Both the position numbers and the translations under genes were made by a program. Positions 31,231 through 41,074 of a stretch of DNA of 64,000 bases are shown here, piece after piece (position 1 is the first letter of the stretch; each line of letters begins with the position of its first letter). A model generated the notes under the pieces. It searched no databases, was not told the DNA's origin, and saw only the letters and a list, made by a program, of their open reading frames with translations. This DNA comes from Abditibacterium sp. (GTDB lineage Bacteria > Armatimonadota > Abditibacteriia > Abditibacteriales > Abditibacteriaceae). The stretch lies in assembly GCA_965246885.1 (NCBI GenBank), contig OZ251992.1:3040001-3104000 (forward strand), written 5' to 3'.

Positions 31231-32232
31231 CTATCCCTCACCGAGGGCGCTGATTAAGTCCGCGAAGACGGCGGGTGGCGGAGCCTCAAAGCGAAGCGGC
31301 TCGCCGGTGGCGGGGTGAGCGCAACCGACGACCCGCGCATGGAGCGCTTGTCCGTTCAACGCTTCAATAAGGGTTTTCGAGCGCTCGTTCGGGGCGCACG
31401 TCAAGGCGCGATACAGCCCGCCATAAATGCCATCTCCCACGATGGGATGCTGTAAATAGGTGAAGTGGGCGCGGATTTGATGGGTGCGCCCCGTTAGTAA
31501 GTTGATGTCCACGAGCGCAAACTTGGGCCACGAGCGCTGCACTTCGTATTCGGTAATGGCGGGCCTGCCGCCGGGAGCGACCGTCATTTTCTTGCGGTTG
31601 GTATGGCTCCGTTCGATGGCGGCCTCGATGCGACCCCGCGCGGGAGGAACGCCGTTGAGAAGGGCCACGTAGCGCTTTTCGACGGTGCGGGCCTGAAACT
31701 GCGCGGTCAAATTCCAATGCGCCGCGTCGGTTTTGGCGACCAGCATGACGCCGGAAGTGTCTTTATCCAAACGGTGCACGATGCCCGCGCGACCGGGCGG
31801 GCCGACATTTGAAAGCGTCTTGCCTTGCGCGCGCAGAATGTCCACCAAAGTCGCGCCGGTATCTCCCGCGCCGACATGAACCGTCACGCCGCGCGGCTTA
31901 ACGACCACGAGCAAGGCGTCGTCCTCGTAAAGAACCGGGACGTGCGGCGCGCGCGCTAATTCTTCGGGCGTGGCGTTGATGGGCGCGGCGTCTTCGTCGT
32001 CCCACGCGGGCACTTCAACGGCGTCGCCCGCGCGCAACGTGGTTTTAGCCTTGACAAGTTGGCCATTGAGCGTCGCGCTTTCCAATAGCTTCTGGGCGCG
32101 CGCGCGGGACACATGGAGCTTGGCGCTTAAAAAAGCGTCAACGCGCGTGCCGACGTCACCCGCGCCAACGTGGAAAACTGCGCCCCCTGTGAAATCTTCT
32201 TCCGCGTCTTCGACGTTCAAATCTTCGTTCAT
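31231..32232 (-). CDS. rluD: RluA-family 23S rRNA pseudouridine synthase with S4 domain
   Basis: GIVHRLDKDTSG, TGRTHQIRAH, HPIVGD, QALHA. Confidence 0.9.
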   Translation of the reverse strand: MNEDLNVEDAEEDFTGGAVFHVGAGDVGTRVDAFLSAKLHVSRARAQKLLESATLNGQLVKAKTTLRAGDAVEVPAWDDEDAAPINATPEELARAPHVPVLYEDDALLVVVKPRGVTVHVGAGDTGATLVDILRAQGKTLSNVGPPGRAGIVHRLDKDTSGVMLVAKTDAAHWNLTAQFQARTVEKRYVALLNGVPPARGRIEAAIERSHTNRKKMTVAPGGRPAITEYEVQRSWPKFALVDINLLTGRTHQIRAHFTYLQHPIVGDGIYGGLYRALTCAPNERSKTLIEALNGQALHARVVGCAHPATGEPLRFEAPPPAVFADLISALGEG

Positions 32233-32920
32233 AACCCTCAGTGTGTGCGCTTTGCTCGCGGCATCGGCGGCGGCGCAACCCAAAGCGGGAACGTTCGTGG
32301 TCTGCATAGACCCCGGCCACCCGTCGGAAACCGCGCGCGGCGCCTCGGCGAACGGTCTGGTGGAAAACCACCTCAATTGGGTCGTCGCGGTCAAATTGGC
32401 CAAGCGCCTCAACGCGCTGGGCGTTCCCTTCGTGTCCACGAAGAGGCGCGAAAACCAACTGGTGACGAACCGGGAACGGGCGGAAATCGCCAACCGCGCG
32501 GGCGCGGCGCTCCTCATTCGCTTGCACTGCGACGCCGGGAGCGGGAGCGGCTTTAGCTGGTATTATCCCGACCGCGCGGGTCGCAAATACGGCGTCACCG
32601 GCCCCTCGCGGCAAGTACAAGGGTGGAGCAAGGAGGCGGCCTACACCCTGAATGAGGCGATGAAGCCGGTTTTGCGCGGCTCGCTGTCGGCGGGGAGCGT
32701 CAAGACCGACGCGGCGACGGGCGTGGGCGGCAAGCAGGGCGGCGTGCTCACGGGTTCGATTTTCTCCAAAGTCCCGACGGCGCTGATTGAGATGTGTTTC
32801 ATCACCAACCGCCGCGACGCGCGCTTCATCGCGTCCGAGAAGGGGCAGGACAAGATGGCCGAAGCGTTGGCGGCAGGAATTGTGGCGTGGCGCGCGCGCT
32901 GGCAGTCGGAAGCGCACTGA
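32189..32920 (+). CDS. N-acetylmuramoyl-L-alanine amidase (Amidase_3)
   Basis: IDPGHP, ENHLN, RAEIAN, LHCD, ALIEMCFITN; start uncertain (GTG 32189 or later). Confidence 0.85.
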   Translation: MKSSSASSTFKSSFITLSVCALLAASAAAQPKAGTFVVCIDPGHPSETARGASANGLVENHLNWVVAVKLAKRLNALGVPFVSTKRRENQLVTNRERAEIANRAGAALLIRLHCDAGSGSGFSWYYPDRAGRKYGVTGPSRQVQGWSKEAAYTLNEAMKPVLRGSLSAGSVKTDAATGVGGKQGGVLTGSIFSKVPTALIEMCFITNRRDARFIASEKGQDKMAEALAAGIVAWRARWQSEAH

Positions 32921-33040
32921 ACGGCGAAAATTAAGGGAAAAAACGGTCGCGCGGCGGGACGGTTTTCGTTACAATAAGAGGCACGTCATTGTGCAATGTT
33001 TCTCTCAAGGAGCATCGCTGTCAATGCGCGTTCAATGACC

Positions 33041-33769
33041 ATGAAAACATCCCACGTCGCACCCGCACTTTTGGCGCTTTCCCTTGCAACAGCCCCCGTG
33101 TGGGCGGCGCCGCACCTCTTGATGAACGGTCACACCGTCTCGACCAAGGTCGAGACGCTTAACGGGAGGGCCTACGTTCCCTTGGCCGACATCGCGCGGG
33201 CATTGGGTCTGGTCGTGGTGAAGGTGGATGGCGGTTACGAACTCAAAAAGCCGGGCGGGGCGTCGCCCATTCGGGGCGTGACGCAGGGCAAAATCGGCGA
33301 TGTGTTGTTCGATGGCAGTTGGAGGTTCCAAGTCACGAGCATTGGGACGCCCAACTCGTTCACCATGAAAACGCCCGCCGATTATTCCGACAACGGCGGC
33401 ACAACGCAGTTCGACCCGAAGACGCGCACCTTTGTGGCGAGCAACAATTACCGGCTCGTTGTGTTGCAGTGCCGCGTCACCAACGCCATGCAGTCCAAGC
33501 GCACGCTGTGGACGGCGCTCACCGACGCGACGACACACACGGCGCTCACCGATCAGGACGGCGGCTCGCATCCGCCCGTCGCCTTCGATTTCGAGGGCGG
33601 CACCATCCAATCGAAGCCGCTCGTTCCCGGCGAAATTCTGCGCTTTCCCATGCTGTTTAGCGTGCCGCAAGACGCGCGCGTTACGGGCCTCATCTTCACG
33701 CTGAAGGACAACCAAACAGATCTGCCCGCGCGCGATGTGCGCGTCTCGCTCCGCCTCCCGGCGCAATAA
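33041..33769 (+). CDS. Secreted hypothetical protein (copper-amine-oxidase-N-like stalk plus Ig-like domain)
   Basis: Signal peptide; NGRAYVPLADIARALG; beta-rich C-terminus. Confidence 0.65.
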   Translation: MKTSHVAPALLALSLATAPVWAAPHLLMNGHTVSTKVETLNGRAYVPLADIARALGLVVVKVDGGYELKKPGGASPIRGVTQGKIGDVLFDGSWRFQVTSIGTPNSFTMKTPADYSDNGGTTQFDPKTRTFVASNNYRLVVLQCRVTNAMQSKRTLWTALTDATTHTALTDQDGGSHPPVAFDFEGGTIQSKPLVPGEILRFPMLFSVPQDARVTGLIFTLKDNQTDLPARDVRVSLRLPAQ

Positions 33770-33847
33770 CAAACTGCCGCACCGCCGCGCCGCCACTCAA
33801 GCGGACACCACTTGCTGTCACCCAATCAGAACGTTCTTTACGACACC

Positions 33848-35650
33848 ATGAAACACTTCGCTTTCAAGACAGTATTGGCCGTCATCGCCGCCCTGTTGCT
33901 CGGCGGTGCGCCCGCCGCGCGCGCCCAACTGCAATCGTTTCCCGGCGGCGTGACGCTGCTCACGCGCCAATTTGACCCGGCGCACCCCGACCAGAGCATC
34001 CTCAAGCCGGTCTATGGCGACCCGACGCTGCTACGTCAGGTGGTCAACTCGGCGTGGCAAGCGTCGCGCGCCTCCATTGCCGACCAAATCATCGCCCAGA
34101 TGGGCAAAAGCGACTCCATTTCCAAGGGCGTTACGCCCTATGACATCGTGTGCCGGATGGGTGAGCCGGGCGATTTGAGCGTGAAGCCGGGGGCCTACCC
34201 CAATGGCTCGTCGCTGGAGATGCAGTATCTGGTGCGCGGCAACTCCATCGAGTTCACCACCACGCAGCCCACCGCCGCAGGCAAATGGGCCGACCCACGC
34301 TTTTCGTGTGATTACGACCTTGGCCTGACGCTTTCAGTCACGTTTGGCGATCCGGCGGTTCCCATCCGGGTGACGAGCGTCAAAGCGCAGATTTCCAACG
34401 CCAAGCTCGACTCGCACGGGCTGATTGCCGACCTCGTGTTCGTCGGCAACGCCGTGACGAAGATGTTCGGTTCCGATTATATCAAGCGCGCGCAAAACGC
34501 GGTCAACGGCAAGAACTTCGACTTCACCCGCCAACTCAACGACGGCCTCGCGCCTTTCAACGCGCTGTTGGGGCAGTATGGCGCGCAGGGTTACTCGCTT
34601 GTGGACTCGGCTCTCAACGCCGCGAATGGCGCGCTTCCGGGCGGTTTGAGTCCGCGCTCCTTGCCGGGGATGACGCCAAACGGCCCGCAGTTGCTGATGT
34701 ACCTGAGCAAGGACGGGAACATCCCGACGACGGGCCGGGGCCAAATTAGCGGCGCCATTCGCTGGAAGAAGACCATCGGCGAACCCATCGCTGTCCGCCA
34801 AAATCATCGCCCGATTCTGGGCAGCCTGAACGTGATGCACCCGTTCGCGCGCGGCTTTCGGATTCGTGCCGTCGCGCAGTCGGGCTTTGCGCGCGAGGGG
34901 ATGTTTTTGCCGCCCATGACACAGGTCGGCAAACTGCAAAGCGCTACGCTCGATCAACCCTCGCCGGGACGGGATGGCACGCCGGGAACTGGCGACGAGT
35001 ATGTGTTGCGTTATACCATCGGCGACTTGCCGATTGGCATCCCGATGAAAGTCGAGGTCTCGCTGTCGGATGCGACTTGGAGCGGCGACATCGGCGCCAA
35101 TGTGTCGCGCGGCGTCGGCCCGACCGATTGGGAGGGCGTCATCACGCTCAAGCCCGGCATTCGACTTTCTGATATGGTCACGAACTCCACGAGCATCGGC
35201 ATGCACAGCGACATGAGCGACATCCTGCGCTCTACAACTCCGGCGGCTGGCAGAACGGGCGGCGAGCGGAGCATCATTATCATCGGCGGCAAAACCGCGA
35301 AAAACCGACTGGGGCGCATCCGCATCCCCGGCGCGGCGAACTCTGGGGGCGACACGGTTTCGCTCAACCCGCAGCCTCTCCCGCCCGAACCCAACCCCAA
35401 CATCGCCCTCCCGACACGCGGCGGCACCATCAAGATGGGCAAGCTCGGCGGCGTTCGCTCGCAACTGGGCAGCGCGGGCATCGGCTCCCTTTTCCCCAAG
35501 GGGAGCGACTCCATTGGCATCCATTCGGGCGCGGAAGATTTGGCGAATGTAATAGCGAACATTCCCAAACCGAAGGTCAACAACCCGACGGGCATCTTGT
35601 CGGTGGGGGATATAGATTTCGAGGTCGGCACCTTCGCGGGGCCGCGCTAA
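33848..35650 (+). CDS. Secreted hypothetical protein with LNPQPLPP motif
   Basis: Signal peptide ending ARA-Q; 600-aa ORF; VSLNPQPLPP near the C-terminus. Confidence 0.7.
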   Translation: MKHFAFKTVLAVIAALLLGGAPAARAQLQSFPGGVTLLTRQFDPAHPDQSILKPVYGDPTLLRQVVNSAWQASRASIADQIIAQMGKSDSISKGVTPYDIVCRMGEPGDLSVKPGAYPNGSSLEMQYLVRGNSIEFTTTQPTAAGKWADPRFSCDYDLGLTLSVTFGDPAVPIRVTSVKAQISNAKLDSHGLIADLVFVGNAVTKMFGSDYIKRAQNAVNGKNFDFTRQLNDGLAPFNALLGQYGAQGYSLVDSALNAANGALPGGLSPRSLPGMTPNGPQLLMYLSKDGNIPTTGRGQISGAIRWKKTIGEPIAVRQNHRPILGSLNVMHPFARGFRIRAVAQSGFAREGMFLPPMTQVGKLQSATLDQPSPGRDGTPGTGDEYVLRYTIGDLPIGIPMKVEVSLSDATWSGDIGANVSRGVGPTDWEGVITLKPGIRLSDMVTNSTSIGMHSDMSDILRSTTPAAGRTGGERSIIIIGGKTAKNRLGRIRIPGAANSGGDTVSLNPQPLPPEPNPNIALPTRGGTIKMGKLGGVRSQLGSAGIGSLFPKGSDSIGIHSGAEDLANVIANIPKPKVNNPTGILSVGDIDFEVGTFAGPR

Positions 35651-35674
35651 ACATCGGGCACTTTGCCAACGACC

Positions 35675-36748
35675 ATGACCACCCACTTCTCGCGCGCGCG
35701 TGCGCTTTCTCTCGCGCTGTTTTTCTGCCTTGGCACACCGCTTCTCGTTCGTCCCGCCCGTGCTGCCATGAGTGCGGTGACGGTGGATAACACCGTGACG
35801 AGCCAACCGTTCCGCGCGTATTTTGTGCGCGGCGTTTATCAGAAACTCGTCGGGCGCGCACCGACGGCGACCGAAGCCGCGCCGCTTATCACCCAACTGG
35901 GCGGGGGCGCCAAGGGGTGGCAGAACGTCGTTGTCGCCGTCGCGGGGTCGCCCCTCTATTTCCAGAAGACCGGCGGGACAAATGCGCTGTTCGTGGGCCG
36001 CTTATTTCAGGACTTGGTGGGGCGCGCGCCGGACGCCACCGAGGAAACGCCTGCTGCGCTGGACTTTCTGAAGGACGGCACGCGCGATGGGTTGGCGGCG
36101 GTCGTTGCCGATACGCCGGAGTGCCGCGCGCATTGGGTGCAGTTCCTGTATGGGGCGCTTTTGAACCGCCCTGCGACCGACCTCGAAGCCACGAGCGGCT
36201 CCGCGACTCTCGAAGGGGGTGGGATGGATGAGTTGGCAGCGTCTCTTTTGTCCTCGCCGGAGTTTTGGAAAGCGAGCGGCAAGTCGCAAAGCGGTTGGAC
36301 GCAACGGGTGAACCAACTCCTGACGGACGCCCCGGCGTCCGATGATGGCATGGGCGGCATGACGGGCGACCCAACGCTCCCCACTTCCCTGCCCGCCAGC
36401 TACCCGGCGAACAACAGCCGCGCGCCGATGGTGCAAGCCCTGCTGAGTAGCCCCGAATACTCCGCCAATGTGCTGCGCACCCTCTACCAGAAATACTTGC
36501 ACCGCGCGCCGACGCCTGCCGAACTGCAAAGCGCGGGCGCTGGTGCGTCGGTTGACCAGATAACGATGAGCCTTCTGACAAGCGACGAGTATTTCAACCG
36601 CGCGGGCGGCACCACGACGGCGTATCTCAACCGCTTATCCAAGGACTTGCTCGGCAAAGCGGGCGGCAGCACGTCCATCACGGACGGCTTGCCCTCGACG
36701 GGCGACTTACTCGACTTGTGGCACAAACTGCCGCACCGCAAGAAATAG
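35675..36748 (+). CDS. Secreted DUF4214-like repeat protein
   Basis: Repeated FV..Y..LLGRAP / LLSSPEF/Y modules; signal peptide. Confidence 0.7.
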   Translation: MTTHFSRARALSLALFFCLGTPLLVRPARAAMSAVTVDNTVTSQPFRAYFVRGVYQKLVGRAPTATEAAPLITQLGGGAKGWQNVVVAVAGSPLYFQKTGGTNALFVGRLFQDLVGRAPDATEETPAALDFLKDGTRDGLAAVVADTPECRAHWVQFLYGALLNRPATDLEATSGSATLEGGGMDELAASLLSSPEFWKASGKSQSGWTQRVNQLLTDAPASDDGMGGMTGDPTLPTSLPASYPANNSRAPMVQALLSSPEYSANVLRTLYQKYLHRAPTPAELQSAGAGASVDQITMSLLTSDEYFNRAGGTTTAYLNRLSKDLLGKAGGSTSITDGLPSTGDLLDLWHKLPHRKK

Positions 36749-36802
36749 GCGTTCAGGGGGCACCCGAACGGAGCGCGCCGCTCGGCGTTCGTCTCTTGTT
36801 GC

Positions 36803-39121
36803 ATGAAAGAAGCACCGCCAGTCGCCACCGCGTTACCCCTTGGGGGTGAGGTGGCGCGCGCCGAGTTGCCCCTGCTTGGCATGCACTGCGCGGCGTGCGC
36901 GGGTCGGGTGGAGCGGGCACTTGGCAAGGCGGCGGGCGTCCAAGAAGCGAGCGTGAACTTTGCCACGACGCGCGCAAGCGTCGCCTTCGACCCGGCGCAA
37001 ACCGATGTTCTCGCGCTCCGCGCCGCCATTCAAAAGGCGGGTTACGACGCCATCGTGGTGGAAGCGCCGACACCCGCCGAGGACGCTAAAGCGCCCGCAG
37101 AATCGCTCGAAGACGCCGAGGAAGCGGCGCGCGCGCGGGAGTATGCGCGGCAACGGGCGCGCTTTTGGGCGGCTCTCGCGCTTACGCTACCCGTTGCGGC
37201 GTTGGCGATGGGCGGGCACTTGTTGCCGTCATTGGAGCAAACGCTCGACTTTCCGGCGCGGCCTTGGATAGAGATGTTGCTGACGGCGGCGGTGCTGTTT
37301 GGGGCGGGGCGGGAGTTTTTCGTGGGCGCGTGGAGCGCAGCCAAGCAACGCACCGCCGATATGAACACCCTCGTGGCGATGGGCACCTTTGCGGCCTTTG
37401 CGCTCAGCGTCGCGGCGACGGTCGGGCCGCGCGCGTTCATCGAGAGGGGCGCAATGACGGACTCGGACATGTACCCGATGAGCGCGCCCGTGTATTATGA
37501 AACGGCGGCGATTATCATTACGCTCATCTTGATGGGCCGTTTGCTGGAAGCGCGGGCGAGGGCGCAAACCGGAAGCGCGATACGGGCGCTCCGCGAATTG
37601 GGCGCCAAGGTCGCGCGCGTCGAACGGGACGGGCGAGAGGTCGAAGTGCCGCTCGCTCAGGTGCGCGTGGGCGACATCGTGCTGGTGCGACCGGGCGAGA
37701 AGGTGCCGGTGGACGGCGGCGTCGTCGCGGGGTCGTCGCACGTGGACGAGTCCATGCTGTCGGGCGAAGCGGCGCCCGTTCGCAAGGGCGCGGGGGACGC
37801 GGTGATTGGCGCGACGCTCAACGGCGAAGGCGCTTTTCGCTTCCGCGCGACGCGGGTGGGCGCCGACACGACGTTAGCGGGCATCGTGCGCATGGTGCAA
37901 AGCGCGCAAGGCTCCAAAGCGCCCATTCAACACCTTGCCGACCGCGTCGCGGCGGTTTTTGTGCCGGTTGTGTTGGGGATAGCGCTCCTCACGTTTGGCG
38001 TGTGGATGCTGGCTGCGCCCGCGTCGCACCGCTTGCAATTCGCGCTGCTGACGAGCGTGTCCGTTTTAGTCATCGCGTGCCCCTGCGCGTTGGGTTTAGC
38101 GACGCCAACGGCGCTGGTCGTGGGCACGGGGCGCGGCGCGGCGAGCGGGATTCTGGTCAAAAACGGCGCGGCGCTGGAGATGGCGCACCGCGTGACGACG
38201 GTTGTCTTCGATAAGACGGGCACCCTCACGCAGGGCAAGCCGAGCGTGCTCCAGATAGAAGGCGCGGACTGGCGTTGGCTACCGATGCTATTGGGCGCGG
38301 AGCGGCAAAGCGAGCACCCCTTAGCGGGCGCCATCGCGCGTCATCTCGAAGACCGGGGCGTGCGGGGCGGGGCACCTGATGAGTTCGTGGCGCTGTCCGG
38401 GCGGGGGATTCGGGCAAGTTTTGGGACGCAAACCCTGATCGCGGGCAACGCGCGGCTGATGGAAGAGGAGGGCGTCGCGCTTCCGTCGGAAGCAGTGTTA
38501 GACACGACGCTAACGCCCGTTTGGGTGGCGCTTGATGGGCACTTCGTCGGGGCGTTGGGGTTGGCCGATGCGCTCAAACCCACATCGCGCGCCGCCGTCG
38601 AGCGGTTGCAAGGGTTGGGGTTGGAAGTTGTGCTGCTCTCCGGCGACAACGCGCAGACGGCGGAGGCTCTCGCGCGGCAAGTCGGCATTTCCCGCGTGTG
38701 GGCGGGTATCCTCCCCGGCGAAAAAGCGGACGTCGTGCGGCAGTTGCAACGGGAAGGCGAGGTGGTGGCGATGGTCGGTGACGGCATCAACGACGCCCCG
38801 GCCTTGGCCCAAGCGGACGTGGGGGTGGCGATGGGAAGCGGGGTGGACGTGGCGCTCGAAGCGGCAGATATTACCCTCGTTGGCGGCGACCTGCACGGCG
38901 TCGCGGCGGCGCTGGCGCTGTCCAAGGCCACAATGCGCACCATCAAGCAGAACCTATTCTGGGCCTTTGCCTTCAACACCCTTGGTATTCCCATCGCGGC
39001 GGGGGTGCTTTATCCGTTCACTGGCTGGCTCCTTTCGCCCGTTCTGGCCAGTGGGCTGATGGCGCTGTCCAGCGTGTTCGTCGTTTCCAACGCGCTGCGT
39101 CTACGCGGCTGGCGGGCTTGA
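36803..39121 (+). CDS. copA: Copper-translocating P1B-type ATPase
   Basis: [37 protein letters not shown]. Confidence 0.93.
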   Translation: MKEAPPVATALPLGGEVARAELPLLGMHCAACAGRVERALGKAAGVQEASVNFATTRASVAFDPAQTDVLALRAAIQKAGYDAIVVEAPTPAEDAKAPAESLEDAEEAARAREYARQRARFWAALALTLPVAALAMGGHLLPSLEQTLDFPARPWIEMLLTAAVLFGAGREFFVGAWSAAKQRTADMNTLVAMGTFAAFALSVAATVGPRAFIERGAMTDSDMYPMSAPVYYETAAIIITLILMGRLLEARARAQTGSAIRALRELGAKVARVERDGREVEVPLAQVRVGDIVLVRPGEKVPVDGGVVAGSSHVDESMLSGEAAPVRKGAGDAVIGATLNGEGAFRFRATRVGADTTLAGIVRMVQSAQGSKAPIQHLADRVAAVFVPVVLGIALLTFGVWMLAAPASHRLQFALLTSVSVLVIACPCALGLATPTALVVGTGRGAASGILVKNGAALEMAHRVTTVVFDKTGTLTQGKPSVLQIEGADWRWLPMLLGAERQSEHPLAGAIARHLEDRGVRGGAPDEFVALSGRGIRASFGTQTLIAGNARLMEEEGVALPSEAVLDTTLTPVWVALDGHFVGALGLADALKPTSRAAVERLQGLGLEVVLLSGDNAQTAEALARQVGISRVWAGILPGEKADVVRQLQREGEVVAMVGDGINDAPALAQADVGVAMGSGVDVALEAADITLVGGDLHGVAAALALSKATMRTIKQNLFWAFAFNTLGIPIAAGVLYPFTGWLLSPVLASGLMALSSVFVVSNALRLRGWRA

Positions 39122-39136
39122 GTTGCGCAGTTCCTC

Positions 39137-39553
39137 TCACACTTGCATCAAGATTTGACCGAGCTTGTTCTGCCCCGTGCCCGTGCGTCCGCAACCCCAA
39201 TAGTAGTCAGTGGGCGCGTTCTCGATAAGTTCCTCGTCGCCCGTTCCCAGTAGCAGGGCGCGGGGAATGGCGTGCGTCGTGAACTTACACCGGATGGCGT
39301 CCAGCATCACTTTATTCCGCGTGGTATCCCAATCGGGCAGTATGGGCAGGGCGCGGGTGCGGCCCAGAGCTTTCGCGTCCTTGGGCGTATGGGCGCGGCG
39401 TATGCGTTCGCGGTAGGCGGCGTCGGTGAACTTCTGGGCTTGGAAGTAGTGCTCGACGGTGGGCCAGTAGACGTCGCCCAGTTCGACGCCGTGCGGGGAG
39501 AAGTTCGAGAACTCGAAGTATTCCACCGACTTGGAATAGAAGTAGATCGCCAT
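39137..39553 (-). CDS. NADAR (YbiA/DUF1768) family protein, copy 2; last helix shortened by a TGA
   Basis: FSNF, WPTVEHYFQAQKF, YWGCG, GQNKLGQILM; the frame continues EELR after the TGA. Confidence 0.88.
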   Translation of the reverse strand: MAIYFYSKSVEYFEFSNFSPHGVELGDVYWPTVEHYFQAQKFTDAAYRERIRRAHTPKDAKALGRTRALPILPDWDTTRNKVMLDAIRCKFTTHAIPRALLLGTGDEELIENAPTDYYWGCGRTGTGQNKLGQILMQV

Positions 39554-39556
39554 AGT

Positions 39557-39994
39557 TCAACTGCCTCCGAGTTCGGCGCGCAACTCCATGAGCAGTTCGC
39601 CCAATCTGTTCAGCCCATCGCCGCGCGTTCCGCAGCCCCAGTAAGTGTCGCCAGTCGTCTCTTCGATGATGTCTTCGTCGCCCGTCGAGAGCAGTAGTTC
39701 GCGCAGTTCGGGGTGCGCCGTGAACTTGGCGCGGAGGGCGCGGCGCATGGCGTCGTCTTTGACCGCTTCCCAATCGGGGCGCAGTGGAATGGAGCGCGAG
39801 CGGCCCAACTTCGCGGCGTCCATCGGCGCTTTGGCCAGCCGGATTTGCTCACGGTAGCCTTCGTCCGCGAACTTCTGCGCTTGAAAATACGCCTCGGAAG
39901 TCGGCCAGCGTTGCCCGTCGAGGTCGAACGGGTGCGCCGAGAAGTTCGAGAACTCGCCAAACGGTTTCTTGACGGAGTAAAAGCGAATCGCCAT
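39557..39994 (-). CDS. NADAR (YbiA/DUF1768) family protein, copy 1
   Basis: FSNF, WPTSEAYFQAQKF, LRPDWE, YWGCG, NRLGELLMELR. Confidence 0.9.
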   Translation of the reverse strand: MAIRFYSVKKPFGEFSNFSAHPFDLDGQRWPTSEAYFQAQKFADEGYREQIRLAKAPMDAAKLGRSRSIPLRPDWEAVKDDAMRRALRAKFTAHPELRELLLSTGDEDIIEETTGDTYWGCGTRGDGLNRLGELLMELRAELGGS

Positions 39995-40003
39995 AACCCC
40001 AGT

Positions 40004-40921
40004 TTAAATGCGCCCGACTTCGGCCAACAGCGCCTCGACTGCGTCTCGCGTGGGCAAGCCCCGTTGCGCACCGACCACGCGGGCTTTGAGGCTTGCGGCG
40101 GCGTTGGCCCACTGGAGGCGCGTTTCGAGGGGCCAGCCCCATGCGAGGGTGGCGCAATAGACGCCGTGAAAGCAGTCGCCGCAGCCGGTCGTGTCGGCGA
40201 CTTCGGTAGGAAAGCCGGGGAACAGAGCGGCACTACGCCCATTCGTTGTGGCCCACGCCCCCGCTTCGCCGCAGGTGACAATGACGGCTTGACGGTTGGG
40301 GTTCCACAAGGCGCGGGCGCACCCCTGCGGTGAGTCTTCCCCCGTCAAGCGGGCCGCGAAGCCGCTTGATAGGATGAGGTGATCCACGAGCGGGAAGAAC
40401 TCCTCCCACGCCGGGACATCAGTGCGCTCGAAATCGGCGACGACGGGGACACGATGCTTGCGCGCCAACTCGCAGGCGCGCACGTTGCCACTCCCGCCGT
40501 AGTGATCAAGAAACACGCAACGTGAGGCGGCGATTTCCACTTCGGAGGGCGCGTCGGGCGGGGTGCCCAAAAGCGCAGGGCGCTGTAAGAAGATGTTGCG
40601 CGAGTGGTGGGTGGTGTCCACCACGACAAACGCGCGCACTGGCCCCGCGCCTTCGCGCCACGTCACGAGGTCGAGGTCAATGCCCTCGTCTTCCATCAGG
40701 AGCGAGGCGCGCTCGGAGGCGGCGTCAAAGCCAAGCATCCCGGCGTAGGCGCAACTGGCGCCCATGCGCGCGGCGGCAATGAGCGCGGTCGCGCCCAAGC
40801 CGCCGCCCTGCGATTCGAGGCGCTGGATGGGGATTTTGCGGTCGCGGTCGGGCCACTCTTCGACGTAGATTAGCTCGTCCAAGGCGGTGCAGCCAAAGCC
40901 CAACACATCGCGGGTTTTCAT
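40004..40921 (-). CDS. PfkB-family carbohydrate kinase
   Basis: GGGLGATA, VTCGEAG, DTTGCGDCFHG. Confidence 0.88.
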   Translation of the reverse strand: MKTRDVLGFGCTALDELIYVEEWPDRDRKIPIQRLESQGGGLGATALIAAARMGASCAYAGMLGFDAASERASLLMEDEGIDLDLVTWREGAGPVRAFVVVDTTHHSRNIFLQRPALLGTPPDAPSEVEIAASRCVFLDHYGGSGNVRACELARKHRVPVVADFERTDVPAWEEFFPLVDHLILSSGFAARLTGEDSPQGCARALWNPNRQAVIVTCGEAGAWATTNGRSAALFPGFPTEVADTTGCGDCFHGVYCATLAWGWPLETRLQWANAAASLKARVVGAQRGLPTRDAVEALLAEVGRI

Positions 40922-40962
40922 GGTTATCAGGGGACGTGCGTCCTTTCAATCATGCTTTGATG

Positions 40963-41061
40963 CCCAGCGACTGAAGTCGCGGACAACTCATGCTGCACTT
41001 CCAATTTCCAGCCTCCGCAGGGAGGCTTCGCTGTGGGTTGCCCGCGACTTCAGTCGCTGGG
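40963..41061. repeat. REP-doublet (REPIN-like) element
   Basis: 28-nt inverted arms (2 mismatches), each with the hairpin GCGACT(G/T)(A/C)AGTCGC; inner hairpin AGCCTCC-GCAG-GGAGGCT. Confidence 0.8.
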
Positions 41062-41074
41062 GTGGGGTAAGAAT

